64,000 nucleotides of DNA from Octopus sinensis (GCF_006345805.1 NC_042999.1:44764001-44828000); one strand, 5' to 3'. Positions 13,923 through 28,229 are shown, numbered from the stretch's first letter. Notes: generated by a model from the sequence alone, not told the origin. A program made the numbers and translations.

Positions 13923-14189
13923 AACAATTGCAGCATGGAAGGTGTTTATAAGCCATTTAAGAAACACCAAAAACCATTAGATTCACTTCAATATTTAAAT
14001 TTAAATTGTCATAATATTTTCATCGCTTTGAGATCGCAACCTGTTCGCTGACATGCAGCACGAAGTGAACAGGTCACGGTCTCAAATCGACGAAAATATT
14101 TTGACAAATTAAATTTAAATGTTGAAATGAATCTAACGGTTTTTATGTGTTTCTTAAATTGCTTATAAACACCTTCCACACTGCAATTG

Positions 14190-14191
<2 letters not shown>
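13923..14191. repeat. Foldback hairpin element within (TA)n
   Basis: Arms of about 127 bp with a spacer of about 14 nt; termini AACAATTGCAG / CTGCAATTGTT. Confidence 0.85.
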
Positions 14192-14228
<37 letters not shown>

Positions 14229-14301
14229 CTTACTTGGAGAAAAGAAACGAAACGACGCGAGGGCGCTCAGTCATATAATAATTTAATAAATAAAATATAT
14301 G

Positions 14302-14336
<35 letters not shown>

Positions 14337-15105
14337 GAGTACAGGACACCACAAATAAACATAGAACACAACGAGAAATGGAAACATAAAAACAAACTAG
14401 GAAATGGACTTTTTTTAACAACAAAAAAACAGAGTACAAGACAAACAATACAAGGAATATTCCCCTCCATCAGCTGTCCATGGTTCGACTCAATGTGTGT
14501 TTTGAAGGTAAGGACAGAATATGATCCGGCTGAAGCAGTCCTTCCTTCAAAAGAATTAAATAAAATTCTTTTGCAGAGGGGTAAAACAAGGAAAGAAAAG
14601 AATGTGACAAGAACGGGACGTAGAAGCAATACGTAAAAGCAAGTTTCTCACTTAAACTATATAATAGGAAGAATTATCGGATTAAGGCAGTAGGGTGTTT
14701 TGAAGGAGATTTGGTTGCTATTTTTAGCAGGTCTAGCTACCATGTAGAGGTCTGCCTCATTGATATTATATATTCCTTATGCTTTCCAAAACCAAGTTAC
14801 AGATTTTGACGTATGGGGTGTCAAAAGATTCAGTACTATTTTGGCTACAAATTAAACTTTCATTCACACATTTGCATTTCAAAAGTTTAACATAATCTTT
14901 TCCATAAATCAACTATCGTAAAAATTTTATACTATTATGTCACATTTTCTATATGTGTGTGTATGTTAAAAGATGTCAGTCATCATGACACACACTTTCA
15001 CTCACTCACTCCATCTCTCTTTCTTACCTGCTTTCTCTCTCACATATACACATGCAAGCATGCATGCACGCGCACACCCACACACTCAGGCACACACATA
15101 CGCAT

Positions 15106-15140
<35 letters not shown>

Positions 15141-15376
15141 CATTTCATATAGACTTACATACATCTTTCAGTTTCTTTCTCTGTTCTTTTTGCTTATCTT
15201 CTTTCAATTTCTGCTCTCTTGAAATAAAATTTTTATGGATACAACTGCTTACAAAAATAGGGATTAATGTATAATTTCTTTCTATGTTCATAATTTGTTG
15301 TTTACAACATTGGCGGGATTAATGTATAATTTCTTTCTATGTTCATAATTTTTTTGTTTACAATATTGGGAAAAAT

Positions 15377-16030
15377 ATGCCACCAAAGAAAAGACGATAT
15401 CTCTCCAGAAACAAGTATAAAGCAAGGAGGATTGTAGAAAACCGAAAGTGAGAGTCTGAAGAGAGAAGCTAGATGAGATTTTCTCAACAGCAGCAAATGC
15501 ATGTTGTAGCACTTAATGCTGGATCATTAAATCAATGTTTTAATGATTAGACAGAGGTCCAATAGAATAGCTCTCAGAAACAGACTACGTACAAATTCGT
15601 TCTTCACAAATCCTGAAGCTGTTTTCTGATATGATTCATCCCATTCTTATAAAAATAATAACTCTGTCCAAATTGGTGTGCTAAACACAAATAGTCTTTT
15701 CTGTAGAGCTTTAAAATTTTCAAATGAAACAAATGGTATGTGCTGCTCAGGTGGTCAGGTAACATTGCCAGTACTACTAGCTCCTTCTCAACCTCCTATG
15801 GATCTTCTAGAAGGCATTTCCATCCAGTCAAAGGATTTTCTGAACTATATCAGACAATACAACTCTGCAAATGACATTGTTTGGTGCATCTAAGAAGATA
15901 GATAAACATGAATTTATGATGACATCAAAGATTAAGGGCAAGTCTATCACTGCATTGGTTCCCTGTTACCCACAAATGAACAATCACAGTTCCTCCAAAT
16001 TTACTTTATGAGTGATGTAGAACACCAAAC
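15377..16030 (+). pseudogene. Helitron Rep/helicase N-terminal region, decayed
   Basis: Motifs ALKFSNETNGMCCSGGQVTLP, FLNYIRQYNSA, GQVYHCIGSLLP and QFLQIYF across frames, typical of Helitron RepHel; stops and frameshifts present. Confidence 0.75.
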
Positions 16031-16293
16031 CCGAAGTGGGTGTCAACATTTCAGATGATGGGTTGTGTTAGACACAGTGCTGACTGCTGCAAAAGAGAGT
16101 ATATCCACTGACAGCTTCTCGGTGTGTTCAAAAATCATATAACTCGCCATCCAGGTTAGGGCCTGAAATACTCCAAGCAGATGCATAACATGTTGCTTAG
16201 TTGAATTAGCCCATCATTTACTCCACAAATGTTTTGTTGTCAATGCTGCACTTTCCCATATTACCTGTTTCAACATAACTGTAATAAATTATC

Positions 16294-17050
16294 AAATAAG
16301 AAGCATTGGATGTGGCGTGCAAGAGAGACATCTGCACTGGTATGGTCATGTACTACGGATGGATGAGGGGAGATGTGTGAAGAAGTGCCACTCCCAAACA
16401 GTTGAAGGAATCTGGGGTAGAGGTAGACCCAGGAAGACATGGGATGAAGTGGTCAAGCATGACCTTCGAACGTTGGGTCTCACAGAGGCAATGACGAAAG
16501 ACCAAGACCTCTGGAGATATGCTGTGACTGTGAAAACCTGACAAATAACGTGAGTTCATGGCTGTTTCCTGCACCAGCTTCACATGAAGCTCCAGCCCAT
16601 CCAAAGTACCCTGGATCGCAGGACAGCCTGCTGTGCTTACCTTGGATTATAGGGCGACCTGCTGTGCTTGAGGAGACCTATTGAGTCAAGTACATCAACA
16701 TCAAAAAACCAAATGGAAATTGTAGTTGCGATACCTGTGCCAGTGGCATGTAAAAAGCACCATCCGAACGTGGCTGATGCCAGCGCCACCTTGACTCGCT
16801 TCCATGTCAGTGGTATGTAAAAAGCACCAACTGATCGTGGCTATGGCCATCCTCCTCTGGTACCTGTGCCGGTGGCTCGTAAAAAGCACCCACTACACTC
16901 ATGGAGTGGTTGGTGTTAGGAAGAGCATCCAGCTGTAGAAACACTGCAAGATCAGACTGGAGCCTGGTGAGGCCTCCTGGCTTCCCAGAGCCTGGTCGAA
17001 CCATCCAACCCATGCTAGCATGGAAAACGGACATTAAACGATGATGATGA
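16294..17050 (+). mobile_element. 5'-truncated RTE LINE (ORF C-terminus, 3' UTR, (GAT)n tail)
   Basis: QERHLHWYGHVLRMDEGRCVKK matches 39680-39900. Confidence 0.9.
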
Positions 17051-17088
17051 AACTATGCCCTTTATCTATCTATCTATCTATCTAACTA

Positions 17089-17121
<33 letters not shown>

Positions 17122-17129
17122 ATAAATAT

Positions 17130-17301
17130 ATACTTTATTAATAAAGCTGCAAAAACATCACAAAAACTATTACTCAGAGTTTCCCATTCCTGTTTGTCGG
17201 ACAGTTTTGTTTGAGAAAACCAAACCTATCTGACAAACAGGAACATGAAACTCTGAGTAACAATCTTTTTGATGTCTTTTGCAGCTTTATTTATAAAGCA
17301 T
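17130..17301. mobile_element. Foldback element with a decayed hammerhead in each arm
   Basis: +17226-17263: CUGACAA-ACAGGAACAU-GAAA-CUCUGAG-UA. -17167-17204 is the mirror copy (CCGACAA). Confidence 0.55.
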
Positions 17302-18112
17302 ATTACTCTACCTGCGGTATTCAAGTACTATATTTGTCCACCTTGTGCTTACTCTGGTATATAAATATATATATGTATATATCTATGTGTGCGTGTGTTT
17401 GTATCCATGTTTTTACACCCGCCCCATCACTTGACAGCCAATTCTGGTGTGTTTAGATCCTTGTAATTTAGCAGATCAGCTAAGACCGATAGAATAAGTA
17501 ATAGGTTTCAAAAACAAAATATAAAAAAAATAATAAGTACTGGACTTGATACATTCTTCAAAGTGGTGTCCCAGCATGGCCTCATGGCCCCAATCTAATG
17601 ACAGAAACAAATGAAAGATAAAAGAAGAAAGATATCCCTCTCTCTCTTTCGGAGAGGCACTGAGCAGCTATACGCACACATACACACACGGCAGTAACTT
17701 CCACCTACCGAATTCAATCACAAAGCTCCGGTCGGCTCAGGGCTATAGTGGAAGACACCTACCCAAAGTGCCACGCAGTGGGACTGAACTCGAAACCATG
17801 TAGCTAGAAGCAAGCTCCCTAACCACACAGCCATATATATTTATATATTTATATATATATATATATACATGTGTGTGTGCATGTGTGTGTGAGTGTGTGA
17901 GCATGTGTGTGTATATGTATAAATAGATATATGTCTATGTGTATGTATATATATATATACATGCACATACTCACTCATGTACTCTAATACATTTAGTAAT
18001 GCTGCATATATATGTATGTATGTATTATGTATGTATGTATGTATGTATGTATGCATGTATGTATGTATGTATGTATGTATATATATGTATGTATGTATGT
18101 ATGTATATATAT

Positions 18113-18166
<54 letters not shown>

Positions 18167-18734
18167 ATATATATCATCATCATCATATATATATATATAT
18201 GCACACAGTCAAATGAAATGACATTGTGTGCAAATGTGTATAATATTTATTAAACCTACAATTTTGCATTTCATTTTATTCCCTGTTAGAATTTGTTCAA
18301 TAATTTGGCAGTCTATTTCATAATAAATTGTTGGTTGAAGGAAATGTTTGCAGTGCTAGAGAGTTCTGCTAACATTAAAAGCTCAACTCAGAAATGAAAA
18401 TATCTATTTCTTCACTTAGGTTAATGGAAAGAATTAAAATAATATACCTTTTCTTGGAGAAAATAATAACTGAAGCACAGCATAAGGTCAGGAGTTAGAT
18501 AGGAAAACTTTGCAATGAGAGAAAATCATGTACATTACATGTACTCATATGAATATGGCAGCACACATGCATGCACACACATGCATACACACACACACAG
18601 ACAGACACACACACACACACACTATTATGCTTACATATATCATAACCATCATCATCATCATCATTTTGCATGAGTATTCCATGCTGCTGTTGATACACAT
18701 ACACACACACACACAACACACACACACATACACA

Positions 18735-18772
<38 letters not shown>

Positions 18773-18866
18773 CGTATATATACCAATATAAAGACACATA
18801 CATAAATATGTGTCTATATATGTGTGTGTATATATATATATATTCATATTCATACATAAATGTGTG

Positions 18867-18902
<36 letters not shown>

Positions 18903-19606
18903 ATATATATTTGTATAAATCATATAGTATATGTATACACATATATATATATATTGTCTATATATTTGTATATATCATATAGTATATTATATAATATATA
19001 ATATATAATAGATATATATTATATGTATATGTATTTGTATATATATATAACATATAGTATATGTATTTGTATATATATATATATATGTATATATATATGC
19101 ATATGGCATATATATAATATATTATATATACATATGTATATATATTATATTATATATATATATATATATTATTAATATATATTATATATATATATATTAT
19201 ATATATATATACAACACACACCATTACATACACATATATAAATATACATCTATATGTACATACACATATGCATACACACACACTAACACATACACATGTA
19301 CTAACATAAAACGAACATGAACATGTATTTATTAGGTTACATGGTGTACAGATGGCATGTAATAAATGTGGCATGCTTAATATTGGAAATGCCATGTTCA
19401 CAAACTGAACACCTGAATTAAGGAAGACACTCATGCAAATATTACTTCTGTGCAAAAAAAATAGTAAGAAGACATAAGCAGCATATCTCAGTTATCATCA
19501 AAACACCACGAATTATGTATGTATATATATATATATATAGTTATGTGCTAATCAGTGGTTTTACACACTCATACACACACACATGCAGACATGCACACAC
19601 ATAATA

Positions 19607-19650
<44 letters not shown>

Positions 19651-19950
19651 TATATATTATATATATATATATAATATTTTATGTATGAATGTATTGAATT
19701 TTGCATATATTAATATGTGTGTGTGTGTGTGTGTGAGTGTGAGTTATATACAAATTATGTAACAGGAGAAAAGTATATTTATTCAAAATTTCATCGCTCT
19801 GCAATTGTTTCAGCAGCAGTAGTAACAGCTGCATCCATCAATACATGCCTACACACACACACTTGTAAACATATGAATATATGTATTGTTTTTGTTTTTT
19901 GTTTTTCCAGTTTCAGCTCTTGAGCTGTGGCCATGCTGGGGCACCGCCAT

Positions 19951-20112
19951 TGTGGTGAAAGAGTACAGCAGGGATCACCACCCCCTGCCGGAGCCTCGTA
20001 GAGCTTTTAGGTGTTTTCGCTCAATAAACACACACAACGCCCAGTCTGAGAATCGAAACCGCGATCCTGCGACCGCGAGTCCGCTGCCCTAACCACTAAG
20101 CCATTGCGCCTC
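19951..20112 (-). mobile_element. SINE family C head
   Basis: Reverse complement of the 3667 head. Confidence 0.75.
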
Positions 20113-20116
20113 TACG

Positions 20117-20288
<172 letters not shown>

Positions 20289-20307
20289 ATATATATACAT
20301 ATCTACC

Positions 20308-20340
<33 letters not shown>

Positions 20341-20347
20341 GCATATG

Positions 20348-20383
<36 letters not shown>

Positions 20384-20609
20384 ATATATATACTTGTGAT
20401 ATTTTGTTGTTTTCCTCCATCTGAATTATTTTTGAGTAAGCACTTTCAGGGAGATTCTTCTTAAAGTTGTAGAAATGGCTAAATAAAAATTCTTTTGGCT
20501 GCTATTTCTAAAAATTTCAGTATGTGGCAAAGTAAATTATTTTACTGAGACCTTAGTTATATAAACTAATATATATATATATATATCTATATAGATTTAT
20601 ATATATATG

Positions 20610-20696
<87 letters not shown>

Positions 20697-20926
20697 GTGG
20701 TGTGTGTGTGTGGTGTGTGTAAATAGATGTGTGTATTTTTCCCTTGTTAATAACTAACACGGAAAAACTATATAAATAGTTACCAGGGTAGCAAAAAATC
20801 ACACAAGTAAAAAGGGTGTAACACCTTGTTTTTAAAGGTAGAAACTCCAGTTTTACTTGAAATATTTTGTATGATATATATAAATAGATAAATGGAGTTA
20901 AACGCAGGTGTTATTCAAATTCTTTT

Positions 20927-21015
20927 ACTTCCGACACATGTTTCGAAGATATCACTAGTATTATTTCAAAGGAATAAAATGGTGTAAAACAATGTAATCT
21001 TCTCTTCAGGGAAAT
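20927..21015 (-). ncRNA. Type I hammerhead ribozyme motif, intact core
   Basis: AUUUCC-CUGAAGA-GAAGAU...AUCUUC-GAAA-CA UG UG-UC-GGAAGU. Confidence 0.8.
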
Positions 21016-21406
21016 GAAGAAATATAACTCGTCAATAAGACATTTTAACAGAATATGATGGATATGTATAGTGATTAACTGAAGGCTATTAAGCTTTTTC
21101 AAAATAACGTTATAGGATATAATGTCAAAGGTAGCCTATAGAAAGAGAGGGGATATATATTTATATAGTTATGTGCTCATCAATGGTTTTACACCCCTTC
21201 CATACATGCATACATGCACATATATATATTTGTATGTATGAATGTATGAATCTGTGCATATATTAATGTGTGTGTGTGTGTGTGAGTATACCTTTGATGT
21301 TATATCCATAACGTTTTTTTGAAACAATCTTAATAGCGTTCAGTTAATCACTATACATATCCATCATTTTCTGTTAAAATGTCCTACTGATGAGTTTCAT
21401 TTCTTC

Positions 21407-21495
21407 ATTTCCCTGAAGAGAAGATTGTATTGTTTTACACCATTTTATTCCTTTGGAATAATACCAGTGATATCTTTGAAACATGTGTTGGAAGT
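21407..21495 (+). ncRNA. Type I hammerhead motif (mirror copy, GUU site)
   Basis: Same as 20927-21015 but with a G.U pair at the stem II base and a GUU triplet. Confidence 0.7.
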
Positions 21496-21528
21496 TAAAG
21501 AATTTGGATAACACTCACATTTAACTCC

Positions 21529-21584
<56 letters not shown>

Positions 21585-22085
21585 ATATATATATATGTGT
21601 GTGTATATATATAAATTCTCACTACATATATACCTGTATGTATATATATATATATATAGATATATGCATGCACATGTATATATATATATATATATATATA
21701 AACATATAAACATATAAACATATATATGTATGTGTACATAAGTCTAAGATAATTTATGTATATTTATTAATTTATCTAATTAATTATTTCATTATTGTTG
21801 TTATCTTTAACCTGAAGAGTGGCTATATTTATATTGAAGTGATTTTACTACTACTACTATTATTATTACTATTATCATTTCTTAAACATAGCCATGAAAC
21901 AAGTGTCATTATTCTACCAAATATATAAGTTTTATTTATTATTTTGCACATTACTTAATCATTGTTTTATGGTTTATCTTATATTTAATCTTTCTATAAT
22001 ATGTAATTTTTCTAAATGGTATAATTTAATTTTTCATTATTGAATTGATAAAAGGTGATTTTTTTGTAATTTATATATACATACC

Positions 22086-22132
<47 letters not shown>

Positions 22133-22136
<4 letters not shown>

Positions 22137-23437
22137 TCATCATCATCATCATCATCATCGTTTAACGTCTGCTTTCCATGCTAGCATGGGTTGGAAGGTT
22201 CAACTGGGTCTGGGAAGGCAGGAGGCTGCGCCAGGCCCAGTCTGATCTGGCAGTGTTTCTACTGCTGGATGTCCTTCCTAACGCCAACCACTCCGAGAGT
22301 GTAGTGGGTGCTTTTTATGTGTCACCTGCACAGGTGCCAGACGAGGCTGGCAAACGGCCATGATCGGATGGTGCCTTTTACGTGCCACCTGCACAGGTGC
22401 CAGACGAGGCTGGCAAACGGCCACGATCGGATGGTGCTTTTTAAATGCCACCACCACAGAGGCCAGTCGGGGCAGCGCTGGCAAAGGCCATGTTCGGACG
22501 GTTCTCTTACGTGTCACCAGCACTGGTATCTCAGCTACAATTTCCATTGATGTTGAAAGATTTCGATTTCGATTTTGATTTTCACTTGCCTCAACAGGTC
22601 TTCACAAGTAGGGTTTGTGTCACAAGAAGGAACGGTATGCATAAGTGGGCTGGCTACATCCCAGGTAGAGGTCACGGGTTATGGTCTCACTTGTCCTGCT
22701 GGGTCTTCCCACGCACAGCATACTTCCAGAGGTCTCGGTCTCTGGTCATTTCCTCAGTGAGACCTAAAGTTCGAAGGTCGTTCTTCACCACCTCGTCCCA
22801 GGTTTTCCTGGGTCTACCTCTTCCCACAGGTTCCCTCAACCGCCAGGGTGTGGCACTTTTTCACACAACTATCTTAATCCATTCTCGCTACATGACCATA
22901 CCAGCGCAAATGTCTCTCTTGCACACCAGAACTGATGCTTCTTAGGTCCAACTTTTCTCTCAAAGAACTTACACTGTCGAGTATGAACACTGACATTACA
23001 CATCCATTGGAGCATACTGGCTTCATTTCTTGCGAGGTTACGCATATCCTCAGCAGTCATGGCCCATGTTTCACTGCCTGTAGCATGGCTGTTCGTACAC
23101 ATGCGTCAAACAGTCTGCCTTTTGTTCTGAGCGAGAGGCCTTTTGCCACCAGCAGAAGTAAGAGCTCTCTGAACTTTGCCCAAGCTATTCTTACTCTAGC
23201 AGTTACACTTTCAGCACACCTGCCCCCGCTACTGACTTGGTCACCTAGGTAACGGAAGCTATCAACTACTTCTAGTTTTTCTCCCTGGAATGTGGCGGAA
23301 GTTGGTCTCTGAGCATTTTCAGTGTTTATTGCTCCTGAGCATCTGCCACATATAAAAACTATCTTTCCAGTTAGCCTTCCTTTGACATTGCTGCACCTCT
23401 TATGTGTCCATAGCTTACACTTGGTGCATCTTATAGA
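22133..23437 (-). mobile_element. 5'-truncated RTE LINE
   Basis: (CAT)n tail, 62-bp UTR repeats, ETWAMTAEDMRNLARNEASM, and the Cys-rich insert (RCTKCKLWTHKRCS) homologous to 39170-40284. Confidence 0.9.
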
Positions 23438-23459
23438 GTTATAGAGTTATATATATATA

Positions 23460-23514
<55 letters not shown>

Positions 23515-24083
23515 TACATATATTCATACAAGGTTGATTGCTATGGCCAGTCAGAACATGACCATTGGTTTCACACTTATAAAGTGCTTTGTAGATACAA
23601 AATCAATGGTCACTCTCTGACTGGCCCTAGCAACCAACCTTGTATAAATATATAACTGCACTAATGTTTTATAGCAGTGACTCCCAAAGTTGGTCTTACT
23701 GCCCCCTCTGGGGGTGGTTGAAGAAAAGTAGAGACGATAATGGGTGGCCAAAAGGGGGCAATGTGTGTAAAGACAACAAAATAATGGGTTGATTAAGTTA
23801 AGTTTTATTTGTGAAATACAGCTGTTTTGAATTTGACATGGAAATGGTCTATATTTATGGTGGTAAGTGGGCGGGGTGGGGGATTGCACTAGGAATGTGG
23901 GCTGGGTACCAAAGGCATAGCAGCTCAAAGTAGTTTGGGATCCATATTTCCATGTTTTCCTGGTTTAGAGCTTGCTTCTTTTTCAGATATATGAACTACT
24001 GACAGTATATATATATATATATATTTATACACACACACACACACACACACATAATGTATATAAATGTATATATACATACTTAT

Positions 24084-24143
<60 letters not shown>

Positions 24144-24148
24144 ATATA

Positions 24149-24540
24149 TAGAGGGCACTGTTACACATAGATGCCTCACACTAGGAGGGACTCTTAAAGT
24201 CAGAACTACTAAAATAAATAAACACGTACGAAAACACTTCTCAAAGCAGGTCATTTAAAAACAGAATTTAACCGCATATCACACTGTGATTTCGTAATTG
24301 GTGCAGTATTATGCTCTCTTTACTCTTCATTATATATCTTGAATTATGCTTGCACTGAAGAGTAAAGAGTGCATACTACTGCACCGATTACGAAATCCCA
24401 GTGTGATATGTGGCTAAATTCTGTTTTTAAATGACCTGCTTCGAGAATTGTTTCGGTGTGACGTGTTTATTTATTTTAGTAGTTCTGACTTTAAGAGTCC
24501 TTCCTCGTGTGAGGCATCTATGTGTAATAGTGCCCTCTAT
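24149..24540. mobile_element. Foldback element: arms of about 180 bp, 26-nt spacer
   Basis: TAGAGGGCAC...TCTTCA is mirrored by TGAAGA...GTGCCCTCTA, inside (TA)n. Confidence 0.85.
24351..24412 (+). ncRNA. Type I hammerhead motif, intact core
   Basis: UGCA-CUGAAGA-GUAA...UUAC-GAAA-UCCC AGU GUGA-UA-UGUG. The left arm preserves a perfect stem III (AUCAC AGU GUGAU). Confidence 0.7.
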
Positions 24541-24690
24541 ATATTATAAATAAATAAATTTAAAAGAAAAAATTTGGGATTTTTTTTTCTCTTATGAGGT
24601 TTTTCACGCTAACCGCTTGATAAATTCTTATGAAGATTTTATCCTATTTTTAAATTGTATATATATATATATATATATATGTATGTAAAT

Positions 24691-24971
24691 AAATATAATT
24701 AAGGATTTAGCAAAAAATTGCTTCACCACATACTGAAAATTTAGAAATAGCAGTCACAATCGCTAATTCCTTTTAACTACAAATATAACTCTACAGACAG
24801 CAATACTCGTAATTCACTCAGGCAAAATGAAGAATAAATAATGAAATCAACCAGTCTTCGATGACTGATTGATTTATATTTGTATTTAAAAGGAAGTAGC
24901 GATTGTGACTGCTATTTCTAAATTTTGGGTATGTGGTGAAGCAATTTTTTGCTAAACCCTTAATTATATTT
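24691..24971. repeat. Foldback element related to the 29-958 repeat
   Basis: Arms share CCACATAC(T/C)GAA..TTTAGAAATAGCAGTCA with 168-197; a relic also lies at about 20490-20545. Confidence 0.75.
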
Positions 24972-25168
24972 AAAATTATAAAAAAACTTTTTGTATAAGT
25001 TTTAACCGATAATGGGTTTTTTTTCCATACAGAAGCTACTTGGTAAAATTTGTTAATTATTAAATTAATAATTTTTTTACCCTATATCTATAATGATATA
25101 TATATATATATAAAGTTAATCCAAACATGAAAACACAACAACGCGAGGATGTGGAACAAGTATAGTAT

Positions 25169-25239
25169 TATTGGACGCTCAGGAAAGAAGGAAAGAAGGA
25201 GGGTTTAACGTTTCGAGCGGAGCACTTCGTCAGAAACAT
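25169..25239 (-). ncRNA. Type I hammerhead motif with an extra A after the core (solo PLE terminal-repeat-like element)
   Basis: UGUUU-CUGACGA-A-GUGC UCC GCUC-GAAA-CGUU...AGCG-UC-CAAUA; same family as 51166-51235. Confidence 0.55.
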
Positions 25240-25820
25240 AGGAAAAGGAAAGATCTAAAGAAGGGAAGACGGAGGAAAAAAATCGCCAACAGTACACATG
25301 CAGTCACATATATATATATATATATATATAAATCAGGATATATAGATTCCAGTAGACTGATAGTATTCATAAAAAAGCTCCTTAATTTGTCATAGCATAA
25401 ACCATATAGATTATATGATAATATACATTAAAAATGAATAAGGAGAATATAAAGTTATAAATGATGGAGAAAAATGATGAATTTTATTCAACTATAAACA
25501 CTGAAAAATCACTACAAATTTGTGTCTGTAGTCCCAAAACATGTAAATACCTAATATTATCGAATTTAATAATAGATAAGCTACTCATATGTCTGCATTC
25601 ATTCGAAATATGAAAAGTTCACTGAAGATAATGCATAATTTGGGCTACCTCACCAGATGAAATTTAATATACCTTCTCAACTTTACGATATACGAATGCT
25701 GTGTTATAATTTTAAAAAACTATGGAAGATGATAATGACAGAACTACTATAAATAAATAAAAAGGTTTTTCTGATAAATTAAAGAGGATTTGAGTAATAT
25801 AATCAAAAAGTTAATAATAG

Positions 25821-26222
25821 GGATAGGAGTGGCTCTGTGGTAAGTAGCTTGCTTATGAACCCCATGCTTCTGGGTTCAGTCCCACTGTGTGGAACCTTGG
25901 GCAAGTGTCTTCTGCTATAGCCTCGGGTCAATCAAAGCCTTGTGAGTCGATTTGGTAGATGGAAACTGAAAGAAGCCTGTTGTACATATGTATATATATG
26001 TATGCGTGTGTATGTGTTTGTGTGTCTGTGTTTGTCCCCCACAACATCGCTTGGCAACTGATGCTGGTGTGTTTACATTCCTGTAACTTAGTGGTTTGGC
26101 TAAAGAGACCGATAGAATAAGTTCTAGGCTTACAAAGAATAAGTCCTAGGGTTGATTTGCTCGACTAAAAAGGTGGTGCTCTAGCATGGCCACAGTCAAA
26201 TGACTGAAACAAGTAAACGAGT
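25821..26222 (+). mobile_element. SINE family A, full length
   Basis: Homologous to 47125-47527. Confidence 0.9.
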
Positions 26223-26535
26223 AATCGTGTAAACATTATTATTATTTGAATAATTACCAAATATCAATTATTATTATAATATAAATGGTGTACTTAACAG
26301 TATAGATAGATACGTATACAAACATGCACACACACATATATATATATATGTATATATATATATGTGTGTGTGTGTGTGTACAATGTAAACAGCAGACGTG
26401 TAATAGTTGTGTAAGGTGTAGTATGGAATCACAAGATGGCTATACCTTTTGTGTTGCAGATGCACAAGTTCAATGTAATGCTAAGGGCACACTGGAAACA
26501 TATTTTCTCAAATGCCTTGAACACTCCTTAGTCAT

Positions 26536-26728
26536 ACTGGCAGAATTGTTAGCATGCCAGGCAAAATACTTAACAGCATTTTGCGTTCTGAATTCAAATT
26601 CCACTAAGGTCAATTTTGCCTGTCATCTCTTTTGCGACCAATATAATAAGTACCAGCTGAGCATTAGGGCTGATTTAATTGACTTACACCCACCCACCAA
26701 AATTGTTGGCCTTGTGCCAAAACTTGAA
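26536..26728 (+). mobile_element. tRNA-derived SINE family D, old copy
   Basis: Homologous to the reverse complement of 45677-45910. Confidence 0.65.
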
Positions 26729-27812
26729 GCCAAATACTTGTGTTATGTAGGTGACTTACTTATTGACAGAGGTGAATGTTCTGAGAATATTGTTGTCAAA
26801 AGAAGAAAGAATTGCAGAAAGTTCAGTTTCTGTCTGCCAAATTTATTTGCAAAGTATTAGTTGGCCCAGGGTTAAAGTAAAATATACTTGCTCAAGTTGC
26901 TGGATTGAACCCAGAAATCACATGTTTACAAAGTGAGTTTCTTAACCACACAGCCATCCCTGCTGTGAATTTCAATATCAAATGCTTTGTAGAGGAGAAT
27001 CTAAATGCTCTTCTAAGTAGGAATTTCAACATTGATATTTTGTATCTGTGTAGATATTCGTTGTCAGCATCTAAGTACAGTACATTTATCAACAATCACT
27101 ATTCAAACAGAGTAATAGACCAAACCACAGAACAATACAAACACTAATACAATAAATACAGCAGACTCTAAACTTATTACAAATACATAAAGCATACATA
27201 TAATGAAATGTACTGTATGTATCAAATCGCATTAATGTATAGAATAGATGAACACATTATCAAAATAAGCTTCATGAAACAGAATTTAAAATGCATTAAC
27301 ACCAAACCGTAAAGTAACATTTGTAATAGCAACAAAAACTCTAAAATTAGCAATATTCTATCTATTACAAACCACAAATCTGTGACCCCCGAACAAACTA
27401 ATACTGACCAATGTTATTTAAATATTCGATTGTAAATGAGAAAATTGAAGATTCCATAACTCCAAGAGTTGTGTCATTTATTTAAGTACGACACTCTCAT
27501 GTTGGCTTGCCATGCCTTGATAACAAGAAGCAATTGTAATAAACTACATCAAACAGTCTTAGTCTTAGGTCTGTCATAAGATCTAGAACTCATAAAGCAG
27601 GAGTTTAACCCAATACCAATGGCATATAAGTGACTGAGATTACAGTATTCACTCCAACCAGATACGATGCTAGTCTGTCAGGGGCTTAACTTCCCAAATA
27701 TTGTTGGCAATAGTAACTATACAATATAACTCAGATTTTCATATTTTTCATATTCAAGTGTATTGAATAATCAACAGCCAAACAAAAGCTCACTACTCAC
27801 CTGAATATCAGT

Positions 27813-27850
<38 letters not shown>

Positions 27851-28145
27851 ATCTAAACTAACTATGACTTAACTATCCACTCATACCGTCTCCAATGAAG
27901 GGATATAATTAATAAATATCCTAGAAACAGCTGTAAAATCTTCTATATATAAATGCTCTAATATCTACACAGCCTTGGTTTTTTTAATCTTATACAAAAA
28001 ATTCTTATATACACACGCTGACATAGAACCAACGTTGAACCCTTTATTCGCAATATTACCGAATCTGGAACTTAACTATGGTCTGTCTATAGCACTTATT
28101 CAGCATTACCTGACACCTTTGGGTTTCAATGACACCATTATCTCC

Positions 28146-28183
<38 letters not shown>

Positions 28184-28229
28184 ATATATGCAAAATGTAG
28201 GTTTGTTGAAATATGTTTGTGACATATTT

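Larger units (their letters stand above)
20886..21522. mobile_element. Foldback element: arms of about 240 bp, each with a hammerhead
   Basis: 20886-21133 is the reverse complement of 21289-21522; (TA)n flanks. Confidence 0.85.

Noticed and set aside
25600-25680. CUGAAGA...GAAA spacing in AT-rich DNA (also 21812, 24830)
   Set aside because: No stem I closure; this is the level expected by chance.
26960-27100. RYKISMLKFLLRRAFRFSST, reminiscent of the PLE RT thumb region
   Set aside because: It is a single short motif with no flanking RT or GIY-YIG motifs that I can recover.
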